Shown piece after piece: positions 1 to 10,488 of a DNA stretch of 64,000 nucleotides. The DNA is taken from positions 160,001 through 224,000 of the forward strand of contig CAWJSJ010000005.1 in NCBI GenBank assembly GCA_963845565.1. The letters are read 5' to 3'. The stretch's first letter is position 1. Each line of letters starts with the position of its first letter. Below the pieces are notes generated by a model. It was not told the DNA's origin and did not search any database. It saw only the letters and a list, made by a program, of their open reading frames with translations. The position numbers were made by a program, and so were the translations under genes. The stretch is from an uncultured Methylomirabilota bacterium. GTDB taxonomy: Bacteria; Methylomirabilota; Methylomirabilia; Methylomirabilales; 2-02-FULL-66-22.

Positions 1-1018
1 GCTCGGGGCGGTGGAGAACGCGTTCCCGGGGCTGTCCTTTGCGTGCCAGGAGTTTCCGGCCGGCGCCAAGTGTTGCCAGGAGACGGGGACCGATCTTCCC
101 GAGGCGACCCTGGCCGCCTGCAAGGCAGCCGATGCCATCCTCTTCGGTGCGGCTGGGTGGCCCGGTCTGACGCTTCCGGATGGGACGGACATCCGTCCGC
201 AAATCAAGCTGCGCAAGCTCCTGGACCTGTACGCCGGCGTCCGACCGATCAAGCGGTACGCCGGCCTGCGCCCCGTGCTGGCCGGAGATCCGGCCATCGA
301 CTATGTCATCCTTCGAGAGAATACCGAGGGGCTATTCGCCTCCGAGGGGGGCGGCGCCCGCGTCGGAGAGCATGTTGCGGTGGACAGCCTGGTGATCACG
401 CGGCCCGGGACCGAGCGGATCGTCCGGTGGGCCTTTCGGCTGGCCGGGCGACGGCCGGGGGCGCGAGCCGACGGCGTGCGTCGGGTGACCTGCGTGGATA
501 AGGCAAACGTCTTCCAGAGCATGGCCTTCTTCCGACGGGTCTTCGACGAGGTGGCACGGGAGTTTCCGGGGATCCAGGCCGAGCACGCCCACATCGACGC
601 CATGACGCTGTTCATGGTGACGCGGCCGCTCCGGTACGATGTCCTGGTCACGGAGAACCTGTTCGGGGACATCCTCTCTGATCTGGGCGCGGGCACCGTG
701 GGCGGACTGGGGGTTGCCCCGTCCGGCGACATCGGCGACACCTACGGCCTCTTCCAGCCATCGCACGGGACCGCGCCGGACATCGCCGGTAAGGGGATCG
801 CCAACCCCATCGCCCAGATCCTCTCGGCCCGCATGATGCTGGAGTGGCTGGGCGAGACGAAAGACGACCCGCAGTGCGCACAGGCCGCGCAGGCGATCGA
901 GCGGGCGGTCGAGAAGACCCTGGCAGATCGAACGTATCACACGGCCGATCTCGGTGGCTCGGCCAAGACGGCGGCGGTGGGGGACGCGGTGGCCAAGGCT
1001 GTTCGGAGGGGCGATTAG
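1..1018 (+). CDS. Isocitrate/isopropylmalate/tartrate dehydrogenase family protein, 5'-truncated by the window edge
   Basis: Motifs ILRENTEG, VDKANV, ENLFGDILSDL, HGTAPDIAGKGIANP. Confidence 0.9.
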   Translation, partial: LGAVENAFPGLSFACQEFPAGAKCCQETGTDLPEATLAACKAADAILFGAAGWPGLTLPDGTDIRPQIKLRKLLDLYAGVRPIKRYAGLRPVLAGDPAIDYVILRENTEGLFASEGGGARVGEHVAVDSLVITRPGTERIVRWAFRLAGRRPGARADGVRRVTCVDKANVFQSMAFFRRVFDEVAREFPGIQAEHAHIDAMTLFMVTRPLRYDVLVTENLFGDILSDLGAGTVGGLGVAPSGDIGDTYGLFQPSHGTAPDIAGKGIANPIAQILSARMMLEWLGETKDDPQCAQAAQAIERAVEKTLADRTYHTADLGGSAKTAAVGDAVAKAVRRGD

Positions 1019-1152
1019 GCGATTGGGCAATTGGGGAACCGGGAAAGTGAGTCGGGGTCGCGGCAGCGCTCTTCCTGATTGCCGAAGTGCCTGATTGCCG
1101 AGTCGCCCTGTCCACGTCTTCCGTTGAAGGCGCCGACAGGGCCGGGGGAAAG

Positions 1153-1974
1153 ATGGATCTGCGCGGCGTGATCGAGTTGCACGTGCACGCGGGGCCGGAC
1201 GTACGGCCCCGCAAGATGGACGCGCTGACCTTGGTCCGGACGGCCAGGGCGGCGGGTATGCGCGCACTGCTGCTCAAGTCTCACGACACGATCACGGCCG
1301 ATCTGGCGCAGATCGTCGAAGCGGCCGTCGGCGGCATCCGGGTCTTCGGCGCTGTGACCCTGAACGAGGCCGTGGGAGGATTCAACCCCTCGGCGGTGAA
1401 GGCGGCCCTGGCTCTCGGAGTCAGAGAGGTCTTCATGCCGACCTTCTCGGCCGCCCATCACCGGCGGCAGGACAGGAGAGACGGCGGCCTGACCGTCCTG
1501 GACGGCGCCGGGCGGATGCGCAACGAGGTGAGGCAGATCCTCGACCTCGTGGCCCAGGCGGATGCGATCCTGGGGACCTCACACCTGGCGCCCGAGGAGA
1601 GCCTGGCCCTGGTTCGGGCGGCGCGCCAGGCGGGGGTTCACAAGGTCCTGGTCAGCCACCCCGAGATCAGCTTTCTGGCCATCCCGCTGGACATTCAGCG
1701 GGCCATGGCGGCTGAAGGCGCATACTTCGAACGGATGCACCTGCACGGGAATAGTTGCGTTGACTGGGCAGGTCTCGCTGCGGTGATGCGGGCGGTGGGG
1801 ATTGACCGGACGGTCCTGGTGACCGACCTGGGTCGGCCGGACGCGGTCGATCCCGTCGCCGGCATGCAGGAGATGCTGGAGGAACTGGAAAAGCAGGGCT
1901 TCAGCCGGGCCGAGCTGGATCGCATGGCGCGGCAAACCCCGGCGCGCCTGCTGAATCTGGACGATGAGGCATAG
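1153..1974 (+). CDS. Amidohydrolase-like TIM-barrel metal-binding protein (DUF6282-like)
   Basis: N-terminal ELHVHAGPD HxH motif, LKSH, SHPE and TDLG motifs; purine-rich RBS before ATG 1153. Confidence 0.75.
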   Translation: MDLRGVIELHVHAGPDVRPRKMDALTLVRTARAAGMRALLLKSHDTITADLAQIVEAAVGGIRVFGAVTLNEAVGGFNPSAVKAALALGVREVFMPTFSAAHHRRQDRRDGGLTVLDGAGRMRNEVRQILDLVAQADAILGTSHLAPEESLALVRAARQAGVHKVLVSHPEISFLAIPLDIQRAMAAEGAYFERMHLHGNSCVDWAGLAAVMRAVGIDRTVLVTDLGRPDAVDPVAGMQEMLEELEKQGFSRAELDRMARQTPARLLNLDDEA

Positions 1975-2105
1975 ACCGCCAAGGGGGCAACGATAGGTTT
2001 CGGCAATTGGGCAATTCGGCGATTCGGCAACTGGGCAGGCGAAGCGAGCGGATGTTCCTGGTTGCCGGATTACCCAATCGCCAAATTGCCTGAAGGAGGT
2101 TCGGA

Positions 2106-3149
2106 ATGGAACGACCGATTCTTGGAATCACCATGGGGGACCCGGCGAGCATCGGGCCCGAGATCGCGGCCAAGGCGTTGGCGGAAGCCGACGTGTACGC
2201 GAAGTCCCGCCCGTTCATCCTGGGGGACAAGGCCATCATGGCGGACACGCTGCGGTTCACGAAGCTCCCGTTGACGCTCCACCCCATCGCCGCGCTCCAG
2301 GAGGCTCGCTTCACGCTCGGAACGCTGGACGTGCTGGACTTCTCCAATGTGACCATGGCCGCGCACCAGTACGGTAAAGTCAGCGCCATGTGCGGCAAGG
2401 CCTCGGTCGAGTACATCGAGAAGGGCATCGCCATGGCCATGGCAAACCAGATCGACGCCGTGGTCACGGGGCCCATCCACAAGGAGTCCATCAACCAGGC
2501 GGGTTGCCCGCACCCGGGCCACACCGAGATCTTCGGCACGCTGACGGGCACCAAGGACTACGCCATGATGCTGGTAGGTGGCGATCTGCGGGTGGTGCAC
2601 GTCTCCACGCACGTCTCCCTCCGCCAGGCGATCGAGCGGACCAAGAAGCCACGCATCCTCACCGTGATCCGTCTGGCCAACCGGGCCTTGAAGGCGCTCG
2701 GGATCGCCGAACCTAAGATCGCCGTGGCCGGGCTGAATCCCCACGCCGGTGAGCACGGCCTCTTTGGGGACGAAGAGATCAAGGAAATCATCCCGGCCAT
2801 CGAGGCGGCGCGGGCAGAGGGGATCGCCGCGGAGGGGCCCATCGCGCCGGACACCGTCTTCGGCCGGACGCGGGGCGGCCTCTACGACATCGTGGTCTGC
2901 ATGTACCACGACCAGGGGCACATTCCCCTCAAGACTCTCGGCTTCACCTTCGACAAGGCCACCCAGAAATGGACCTCGGTGGCGGGGGTGAACGTCACGC
3001 TCGGCCTGCCGATCATCCGAACCTCCGTGGACCACGGGACCGCCTTCGGCAAAGCCGGAAAAGGCACCGCCGCCCACGACAGCATGCTGGACGCCATCGA
3101 GGTTGCGGTGAAACTGGCCCAGGGGCGGAAGCAGGGTTATTTCGCCTAG
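2106..3149 (+). CDS. pdxA: 4-hydroxythreonine-4-phosphate dehydrogenase PdxA (possibly PdxA2, 4-phospho-threonate type)
   Basis: ITMGDPASIGPE, GHTE, GLNPHAGE, MYHDQGHIP, RTSVDHGTAF; AAGGAGG RBS. Confidence 0.93.
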   Translation: MERPILGITMGDPASIGPEIAAKALAEADVYAKSRPFILGDKAIMADTLRFTKLPLTLHPIAALQEARFTLGTLDVLDFSNVTMAAHQYGKVSAMCGKASVEYIEKGIAMAMANQIDAVVTGPIHKESINQAGCPHPGHTEIFGTLTGTKDYAMMLVGGDLRVVHVSTHVSLRQAIERTKKPRILTVIRLANRALKALGIAEPKIAVAGLNPHAGEHGLFGDEEIKEIIPAIEAARAEGIAAEGPIAPDTVFGRTRGGLYDIVVCMYHDQGHIPLKTLGFTFDKATQKWTSVAGVNVTLGLPIIRTSVDHGTAFGKAGKGTAAHDSMLDAIEVAVKLAQGRKQGYFA

Positions 3150-3173
3150 ACACCCTCCTCCTTGACTTCGTTA

Positions 3174-3203
3174 ACCACGGCCGCCCCTCGGGGCGGCCGT
3201 GGT
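3174..3203 (+). terminator. GC-rich hairpin after pdxA
   Basis: ACCACGGCCGCCCC-TC-GGGGCGGCCGTGGT perfect inverted repeat; no U-tract. Confidence 0.5.
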
Positions 3204-3286
3204 GCGTCGTCCGGTCATCGCGCGGGACTCCCTCCCTGGGGCTTGAAGGTCCCGGCACAATCCCCTCGTCGTTTTCTCGGCGGCGG

Positions 3287-3347
3287 TTGACACGAGGGGT
3301 GAGTTTGGGTATATTCGTCTTATAAAAATGATTTCCACGATGCGAAA
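3287..3347 (+). promoter_or_regulatory. Sigma70 promoter of the iclR-gcl operon, with a putative IclR-type operator over the start codon
   Basis: TTGACA (3287)-17 nt-TATATT (3310); AAATGATTTCCA and quasi-palindrome TTTCCACGATGCGAAA at 3332-3347. Confidence 0.65.
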
Positions 3348-4233
3348 ACATACCGAGACGGCGAGCCTCGGGTCGGCTCCGAGGGGTGCCGAGAGGCAGA
3401 CCAACGGCGGCGTCCAATCCGTCGTGCGGGCTCTCCGCCTGATTGACGCCTTGGGGGAGAGTCGGGGAGAGGTCGGGATCGCCGACCTCAGCAAGCGGGT
3501 CGGGCTGCATGTCAGTACGGCGCACCGCCTGCTGGCCACCTTAATTCAGCAGGGATACTGTCGCCAAAATCCCGAAACGGGCCGCTATGCGCTGGGCGCC
3601 AAGTTGTTTCATCTGGGGGAGGTCTGCCTCGGACAACTGGACCTTCGGGGATTGGCGCGTCCGTTCCTGGAGCGCCTGAGCCGGGAGACGGGGGAGACGG
3701 CAAACCTCGTGGTTCTGGATGGGCAGGAGGTGCTGTACCTGGACAAGGTCGAAAGCCCGCAGAACCTGCGGATCTTCTCCCGCATCGGTCACCGCGCCCC
3801 CCTCTATTGCACCGCGGTGGGTAAAGTCCTCTTGGCCTATCGCGCGGCGGCGGAGAGCGAGGCCCTGATGGGTAAGGAGCCCCTCAAGCCGCTCACCCGG
3901 CACACCGTCACCTCGCTGACCCGCCTCCGGCGGGAACTGGCGAAGGTGCGCGAGCAGGGCTTCGCGCTGGACAAGGAGGAGTGCGAGGAGGGGGCCTACT
4001 GCCTCGCCGTACCGGTACGAAACGCCCAGGGTCGGATCGAGGCAGCCTTGAGCGTCTCGGGCCCCACGGTGCGTCTGGGCGACCACCGCATTCCGGATCT
4101 TGTACCCCTCATGCGTCGGGCCAGCGAGCAATTGTCGGCCCAACTCGGTTTCGGTGGGCGAGGCGAACCCCCCGCCCCTATCTCCAAGGTATCTGAACCG
4201 CAAGGGAGGATTGCATGCCCAAGATGCCCGTGA
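3328..4233 (+). CDS. IclR family transcriptional regulator (AllR/KipR-like)
   Basis: VQSVVRAL HTH, STAHRLL, ETANL, PLYCTAVGK, GFALDKEE. Confidence 0.93.
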   Translation: MISTMRKHTETASLGSAPRGAERQTNGGVQSVVRALRLIDALGESRGEVGIADLSKRVGLHVSTAHRLLATLIQQGYCRQNPETGRYALGAKLFHLGEVCLGQLDLRGLARPFLERLSRETGETANLVVLDGQEVLYLDKVESPQNLRIFSRIGHRAPLYCTAVGKVLLAYRAAAESEALMGKEPLKPLTRHTVTSLTRLRRELAKVREQGFALDKEECEEGAYCLAVPVRNAQGRIEAALSVSGPTVRLGDHRIPDLVPLMRRASEQLSAQLGFGGRGEPPAPISKVSEPQGRIACPRCP

Positions 4234-5963
4234 TGGAAGCTGCAGTGAAAATCATGGAGAGCGAAGGCGTAGACGTCTGCTTCGGGATTCCCGGAGCGGC
4301 CATCCTGCCTCTCTACAAGGCGCTCTCGAAGTCCAGCAAGATCAAGCACCTAACCATGCGGCATGAGGAAGGAGCCACCCACGCTGCCGACGGCTGGGCG
4401 CGCATCACGGGGAAGGTGGGCGTGGCCATCGGAACCTCTGGTCCCGCAGGCACGAACATGATTACCGGTCTGTACACGTGCATGGCCGACTCCATCCCGA
4501 TGGTGTGCATCACCGGCCAGGCGCTGAAGGCCAATCTCCACAAGGAGGCCTTCCAGGCGGTAGACATCGCCGAGATCGCCAAGCCGGTGGCCAAGAAGAC
4601 CTACTGCGTCAAGGAGGCTGCCCAGATCCCGCAGGTCTTCCGCGAAGCGTTCCGTATCGCCCGCGAGGGCCGGCCGGGCCCGGTCCTGATCGACCTGCCG
4701 CTGGACGTACAGCGGGGCGAGGTGGAATACGACCCCGACATCGACGCACCCCTCGAGGTCTTCAAGCCGTCGCCCGACGCCCGCAAGATCAAGCGGGCGA
4801 TGGAGATGCTCCTCAAGGCCGAGCGGCCGATCCTGATGATGGGCGGCGGGGTGATGCTGGCCCGCGCCAGCCAGCAGTTCGTCGAGCTGGCAGAGTACCT
4901 CCAGATCCCGGTCATCCCGACCTACATGGCGGAGGGGGGCATCGCCTTCGACCATCCGCTCTTCGGCGGGCGTGTCGGGCTGCAGACCAACACGCGAGGC
5001 GGAAATAAGCTGTTCCTGGAGTCGGACTTGGTGCTGGCTATCGGCGCCCGGTTCGCCGAGCGGCACACCGGGGATCTGGCCGTGTATCGCGGCGAGCGAA
5101 AGTTCATCCATGTCGACATCGAGCCGACGGTGATCGGGAAGGTCTTTCCGGCGGATCTCGGGATCGTGGCCGACGCCAAGCTGGCCATCGAGGGCCTGAC
5201 CCGGGTGGCCAAGGAGATGACGACGAAGCGCTCGCCCGGTGAATGGTCGAAGAAGGCGGCGGACTACAAGCGGCGCTTCCGGCGGAAGATGGATTTCGAC
5301 CAGGTGCCCATCAAACCGCAACGGGCCTTCAAGGAGATCAACGAGTTCTTCGATCCCGACACCATCTTCGTCACCGCCATCGGCCTCTACCAGATCTGGT
5401 CCGGCCAGTTCCAGGAGATCCAGAAGCCGTACACCTACTTCTGCTGCGGCCAGGCGGGTCCGTTGGGCTGGGAGGTGCCGGCCTGCATGGGGATCAAGCT
5501 GGGAAAGCCGGGCGCCCAGGTGGTGGGTATCGTGGGGGACTACTCGTTCCAGTTCCTGCTGGGAGACCTGGCCACGGCGGTTCAGAACAACGTGCCCTAC
5601 GTCATGATCATGCTGAACAACGGCTACCTGTCGCTGATCCGGCAGCCGTCCAAGTACATCTACGAGATGAACTACGCCGTGGACATCGGCTACGGGGACG
5701 GCTACGGCCCGGACTTCGTGAAGATCGTGGAGGGCTTCGGCGGCCTGGGCAAGCGGGTCATCCGTCCGGAAGAGATCAAGCCGGCTTTGGCCTGGGCGGT
5801 TGAAGAATCGAACCGCCGGAAGATCCCTGTGCTGGTCGAGATCCGCGAGGATCGCGACACCGACGCCGCCATGGGGGTCTCGATCGACAAGATCGTGGAA
5901 CGAGACCCGATCGTCGACATCCCTGCGGATGCACCCGCCAAGGAGCCGGCCGCGGTCCGCTAA
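4215..5963 (+). CDS. gcl: Glyoxylate carboligase
   Basis: FGIPGAAI, GTSGPAGTNMITGLY, LHKEAFQAVDI, CGQAGPLGW, GDYSFQF ThDP motif. Confidence 0.93.
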   Translation: MPKMPVMEAAVKIMESEGVDVCFGIPGAAILPLYKALSKSSKIKHLTMRHEEGATHAADGWARITGKVGVAIGTSGPAGTNMITGLYTCMADSIPMVCITGQALKANLHKEAFQAVDIAEIAKPVAKKTYCVKEAAQIPQVFREAFRIAREGRPGPVLIDLPLDVQRGEVEYDPDIDAPLEVFKPSPDARKIKRAMEMLLKAERPILMMGGGVMLARASQQFVELAEYLQIPVIPTYMAEGGIAFDHPLFGGRVGLQTNTRGGNKLFLESDLVLAIGARFAERHTGDLAVYRGERKFIHVDIEPTVIGKVFPADLGIVADAKLAIEGLTRVAKEMTTKRSPGEWSKKAADYKRRFRRKMDFDQVPIKPQRAFKEINEFFDPDTIFVTAIGLYQIWSGQFQEIQKPYTYFCCGQAGPLGWEVPACMGIKLGKPGAQVVGIVGDYSFQFLLGDLATAVQNNVPYVMIMLNNGYLSLIRQPSKYIYEMNYAVDIGYGDGYGPDFVKIVEGFGGLGKRVIRPEEIKPALAWAVEESNRRKIPVLVEIREDRDTDAAMGVSIDKIVERDPIVDIPADAPAKEPAAVR

Positions 5964-5989
5964 CCGCCACGCCTCATGACCGCACGCGA

Positions 5990-6030
5990 TCCGGGCACTC
6001 GGCCACGCGCCGAGTGCCCGGACGCTTTTT
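5990..6030 (+). terminator. Intrinsic terminator after gcl
   Basis: 14-bp stem TCCGGGCACTCGGC/GCCGAGTGCCCGGA followed by cgcTTTTT. Confidence 0.7.
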
Positions 6031-6159
6031 GGCCTCCGCGTCCGGTGGGATCTTGCGTGGAAGAGCGCACAAGTGTGTACATGACTTGACGGGGTTGTCG
6101 GCTTGCCCATAGAGTAGACCCGGTGTCGGGTCCCGGCGCGAGCGCGTGGGAGGCACGTC

Positions 6160-7561
6160 ATGACGGAACAGGTGTTGATCGAGGCGCTCCGGCAGGTCGT
6201 CGGAAAGGCCAATGTGCGGGCGTCCGCGGTGGACCTCCAGCTCTACCAGTACGATGCGTATCTGGAGGAGCGGCGCCCGGACGCGGTTGTCTTCGTGGCC
6301 TCCACCGAGGAGGTCGCGAGGGTGGTCAAGGTCTGCAACAAGTTCGGTGTTCCCTTTGTTCCTCGCGGTGGGGGCACGAATCTCTCCGGCGGCACCATTC
6401 CCGTCAAGGGCGGCGTCGTGATCGAGATGATCCGGATGAACCGGATTCTCGAGGTGGACATCCCCAATCTCCGGGCGCGCGTCCAGCCGGGCATGTTCAA
6501 CCTGGAATTCGGCAATGCCCTGGCCCCGCTGGGCTATCAGTACCTGCCCGACCCCGCCAGCCAGAAGGCAGCCACGCTGGGCGGCAACGTGGCGGAGAAC
6601 TCCGGCGGTCCCCACTGCTTCAAGTACGGCGTCACCTCGAACCATGTCCTCGGCCTCACGGTCATCCTGCCCGACGGGGAGATCGCCCGGATCGGGGGCA
6701 AGGCGCTCGACGTACCCGGGCTACGATCTGACCGGGGCCTTCGTGGGGAGCGAGGGCACGCTGGGAATCTGCACCGAGCTCACGGTCCGTATCGTGCGCT
6801 TGGCGGAAGGCGTGAAGACGCTGCTGGCCATCTACGACAGCATCGAGGCGGGCGGCGAGTCGGTCTCGGCGATCGTGGCCGCGGGCATGGTCCCGGCCAC
6901 CCTGGAGATGATGGACCAGTTGGTCATCAAGGCGGTGGAGGAGTCCATCAAGTGCGGCCTGCCGACCGACTGTGCCACGGTGCTGATCATCGAGGTGGAC
7001 GGGCTGAAGGACGACCTGGAGCGGCAGGCGCAGGAGATCGCGGACCTGTGTCGGACCCACGGCGCGCGGGAGGTCCGTCTCGCCAAGAACGACGCCGAGC
7101 GCGCCGCCCTGTGGGCCGGCCGGCGCGGGGCGTTCGGGGCGGTGGCGCGGATCACGCCGAGCTATCTGGTCTGCGACGGGACGGTGCCCCGCACGGCTTT
7201 GCCCGCGGTCCTGAAGAAGGTCGCCGAGGTCAGCAAGAAGTACAACCTGCAGATCCCCAACGTGTTTCACGCCGGGGACGGGAACCTGCATCCGCTGATC
7301 CTCTTCGATTGGCGGAACGCGGAGCAGAAGGCCCGCGTGATGCAAGCGGGCATGGAGATCCTGGCGCTGTGCGTCGAGATGGGCGGGACCATCAGCGGCG
7401 AGCACGGAGTGGGCATCGAGAAAATGGACGCCATGCGCCTGGTCTTCGGGGAGTCGGAGATCGAGGTGCAGCGAATGGTGAAACGGGCCTTCGACCCCAA
7501 GGACATCGCCAACCCCGGGAAGATGTTCCCCGCTCCGCGGGAGGTGGCCCATGCCGCGTGA
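6160..7561 (+). CDS. glcD: Glycolate oxidase FAD subunit GlcD; +1 frameshift at ~6715-6720, probably a sequencing error
   Basis: PRGGGTNLSGG and PDPASQ...ENSGGPHCFKYG in the first frame; PGYDLTG, FHAGDGNLHP and SGEHGVG in the second frame. Confidence 0.88.
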
Positions 7562-8906
7562 CCTGGAGGGGTTGCAGCGGAAGCTGTCCGAGATCGTCGG
7601 CGGCGAGCACGTGGCTGCCGGGCCGGCCGCCGCGGCCTGCGCCGTGGACGGCGTGGCGCCGCAGGTTGTGGTGCATCCCGGCACGCAGGAAGCGGTGGAG
7701 GCCGTCGTGGCGTCCTGTGGATCGGCCGGGGCAGCCGTCGCCCCCCGGGGGGGCGGGACGGCCATGGGGCTGGGGAACCCTCCGACTCGGCTGGATGTCG
7801 TGATCTGCCTCGACCGACTCACGCGGATCGTCGAATTCGACGCGGCGAACCTGGTGGTGTCGGCGGAAGCCGGGGTGCGTCTCGCGGACCTCGAGAGTGT
7901 GCTCACGGCGAACCGGGAGTTTCTCCCGCTGGATCCGGCCCGGATGGACCGACGGACGGTGGGGGGCGTCGTCGCGACCAACGCCAGCGGGCCCAGCCGA
8001 CTACTCTACGGTCTGGCAAGGGACCTGGTCCTGGGGATGCGGGTGGTGCTGGGAACGGGCGAGCGGGTCCGCTGCGGTGGGAAAGTCATCAAGAACGTCT
8101 CGGGCTACGACATGAACAAGATCCTGATCGGCAGCCTGGGGACGCTGGGACTCATCACCGAGGTGACGTTCAAGCTGCTACCGATGCCGGCGACCCGGGC
8201 CACGGTCGCGGGTGCGTTCGCGGATCTCACTCAGGCGGGGGCCGTCATCAAGCGCGCCTTGGAGTCGTTCCTCCTGCCCGAGGCCATCGAGTTGCTCGAT
8301 CCGCAGGCCCTGGCGACGGCCGCGACCAGTCTCGGGCTGGCAGGATCGGCGGGGTACGGGTTGGCCGTCTCGCTGGCCGGAAGCCCGGAGACGGTGGAGC
8401 GGCAGGTGCGTGACTTCACCCAGTTCTTCGCGGATGGGAAGGCGGTACGGACGACCGCGCTCGGGGCCGACGCGAGCCCGGCGGCCTGGCGCGAGATCCG
8501 TGATGTCCTGGATCGGGCGGTCACGGCGGCGGAGCAGTTCCGCGTGAAGATCGGCGTGCCCATCAGTCAGACCGCCGCGTTTGTCGCCAAGGCGGAAGCG
8601 TTGATGCGTCGCCACGGGTGGCGCGGGGCGATCGCGGCCCACGCGGGGAGCGGGATCGTTCGGGTGGCCTACGACATTGCGGCCGCGACGCCGTGCGAAC
8701 TGGCGCGGGATGGGATCGAGGCTTTGCGGCGCGAGGCCGAGGCGGCCGAGGGCAGCCTGGTCGTGGAGGCGGCCCCCGTGGCCGTCAAGCGCCACCTCGA
8801 CGCCTGGGGAAAGCCAGGTGAGGGGTTCACGGTGATGCGACGACTCAAGGCGGAATTCGATCCTCGGGGCTTCATGAATCCGGGGCGGTTTTTGGGCGGG
8901 ATCTGA
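7551..8906 (+). CDS. glcE: Glycolate oxidase FAD-binding subunit GlcE
   Basis: PRGGGT, TNASGPSR, GGKVIKNVSGYD, C-terminal FDPxxxMNPGRF; lies between glcD and glcF. Confidence 0.88.
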   Translation: MPRDLEGLQRKLSEIVGGEHVAAGPAAAACAVDGVAPQVVVHPGTQEAVEAVVASCGSAGAAVAPRGGGTAMGLGNPPTRLDVVICLDRLTRIVEFDAANLVVSAEAGVRLADLESVLTANREFLPLDPARMDRRTVGGVVATNASGPSRLLYGLARDLVLGMRVVLGTGERVRCGGKVIKNVSGYDMNKILIGSLGTLGLITEVTFKLLPMPATRATVAGAFADLTQAGAVIKRALESFLLPEAIELLDPQALATAATSLGLAGSAGYGLAVSLAGSPETVERQVRDFTQFFADGKAVRTTALGADASPAAWREIRDVLDRAVTAAEQFRVKIGVPISQTAAFVAKAEALMRRHGWRGAIAAHAGSGIVRVAYDIAAATPCELARDGIEALRREAEAAEGSLVVEAAPVAVKRHLDAWGKPGEGFTVMRRLKAEFDPRGFMNPGRFLGGI

Positions 8907-8996
8907 CGCGCTCCGGACCCCTTGGAACAGCCCGGACGGAACGGGCGTTTCGACCGGGACCGCAAGGGAAGTCCTTTCCGGACTGTGGAGAGCCGC

Positions 8997-10278
8997 ATGG
9001 TCATCCCAGAACTGTTGCCGCTGCACGATCTCATCGCGAAGTGCAATCGGTGCGGCTTCTGCCAGGCCGGCTGCCCAGTCTTCCGGGTGACCGGCGAGGA
9101 GCATTCGCTCTCGCGCGGCCGCCTGGCCGTGGCCCGCGGCCTGATGCTGGGCAATTTGGATTTGACGCCGGAGGTGATGCACGCCCTGGAGGACTGCCTC
9201 CTCTGCCGCGGCTGCACCGCCCACTGCTTCCCGGGCCTGAAGACCGACGAGATCGTCACCACGATCCGGCACGCCTACCTGAACCGTGAAGGGCAGCCGA
9301 TGTGGCAGCGGGTCCTGTTCCGGTCGGTCCTGGCGGACAGCACGAAGCTGGAGTGGGCCGGCCGGATGGCGGTCTGGGCCAAGCGGACGGGCCTGGCCAA
9401 CCTGGCCGAGAAGAGCGGCGCCATGAAGCTCGTGGACGAACGGCTCCACGGGACGGCCGATATCGTGCCCAGCCTTCCGGCGCGGTATTTCCGGCGCGGC
9501 GAGCGGACCCTCGGGGCCGAGCCGGCCAAGGCCAAGGCCAAGATCGGTTACTTCGTGTCTTGCGGCCTGAGCTTCCAGTATCCCGACGTGGTCGAGGCAA
9601 CGCTGCGGGTGCTGGGGCGGGCGGGCTGTTCGATCACCGTGCTCAACAACACCTGCTGCGGCCGGCCGGCGCAGGCCTACGGCGATCTGGATGCGGCGCG
9701 GGACATCGCGCGCCGGAACGTGGACGCGGCTGGCCTCGGCCATGGGCTTCGATGCCATCGTGTCGGAGTGCGGAAGCTGCAGCGCGCACCTGAAGGATTA
9801 CGGCGATATCCTGAAGGGCGATCCCGCCTACGCCGAGCGAGCCGCGGCGCTCTCGAAGAAGGTGAGGAGCTTCAGCGAGTTCCTGGTGGGGCTGGGGACG
9901 AATGGGAGCCTGGCGGAGGTCGCGGGCACGGTGACGTATCACGACCCCTGTCACCTCTCCAACCGGTTCTCCAAAGTCACGGCACAACCGCGGACGCTGC
10001 TGAAGAGTATCCCCGGGATGGCCTACAAGGAGCTGCCCGAGGCCGACTGGTGCTGCGGCGCCGCGGGGAGCTACACCTTCCTACACCATTCGGAGGCCGC
10101 CGGGGTCCTGGACCGGAAGATGGGAAACGTGGAGAAGACCGGCGCGGCGATCCTGGCCACCGAGTGTCCGGCTTGCATGATGCACCTGTCTTACGGCGTC
10201 CGGAAGAAGGGGCTGGCCGTCCAGGTCCGGCACGTGAGCCAACTCCTGGATCAGGCCTATGCCACTGCGGTGCGGTGA
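8997..10278 (+). CDS. glcF: Glycolate oxidase Fe-S subunit GlcF; +1 frameshift at ~9727
   Basis: Two CxxCxxCxxxC motifs and two CCG domains (CCGRP, YHDPCH, CCGAAG, TECPAC) split across two frames. Confidence 0.87.
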
Positions 10279-10307
10279 CGAGTCTGTCCCGTCGAACGGC
10301 ACCCCAC

Positions 10308-10351
10308 GCGGTGGACGATCTGACGGCCGGATCGTCCACCGCCGTGTTTTT
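10308..10351 (+). terminator. Intrinsic terminator after glcF
   Basis: GCGGTGGACGATC/GATCGTCCACCGC stem plus T-tract. Confidence 0.65.
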
Positions 10352-10434
10352 GTGGGGGATGCTCCAACCGACCGCAAACCGAGTCGCCCGATGCCGGTCA
10401 AACCATACGGGCCGAATGGACCGAATCTTTCGGC

Positions 10435-10488
10435 TTGACTTGCTAATGCCTTTCAATGTATGACAGCGCTACCATGACAGCGCTACCA
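10435..10488 (+). promoter_or_regulatory. Promoter with two tandem LacI-type operators
   Basis: TTGACT at 10435; TGACAGCGCTACCA repeated exactly at 10461-10474 and 10475-10488. Confidence 0.7.
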
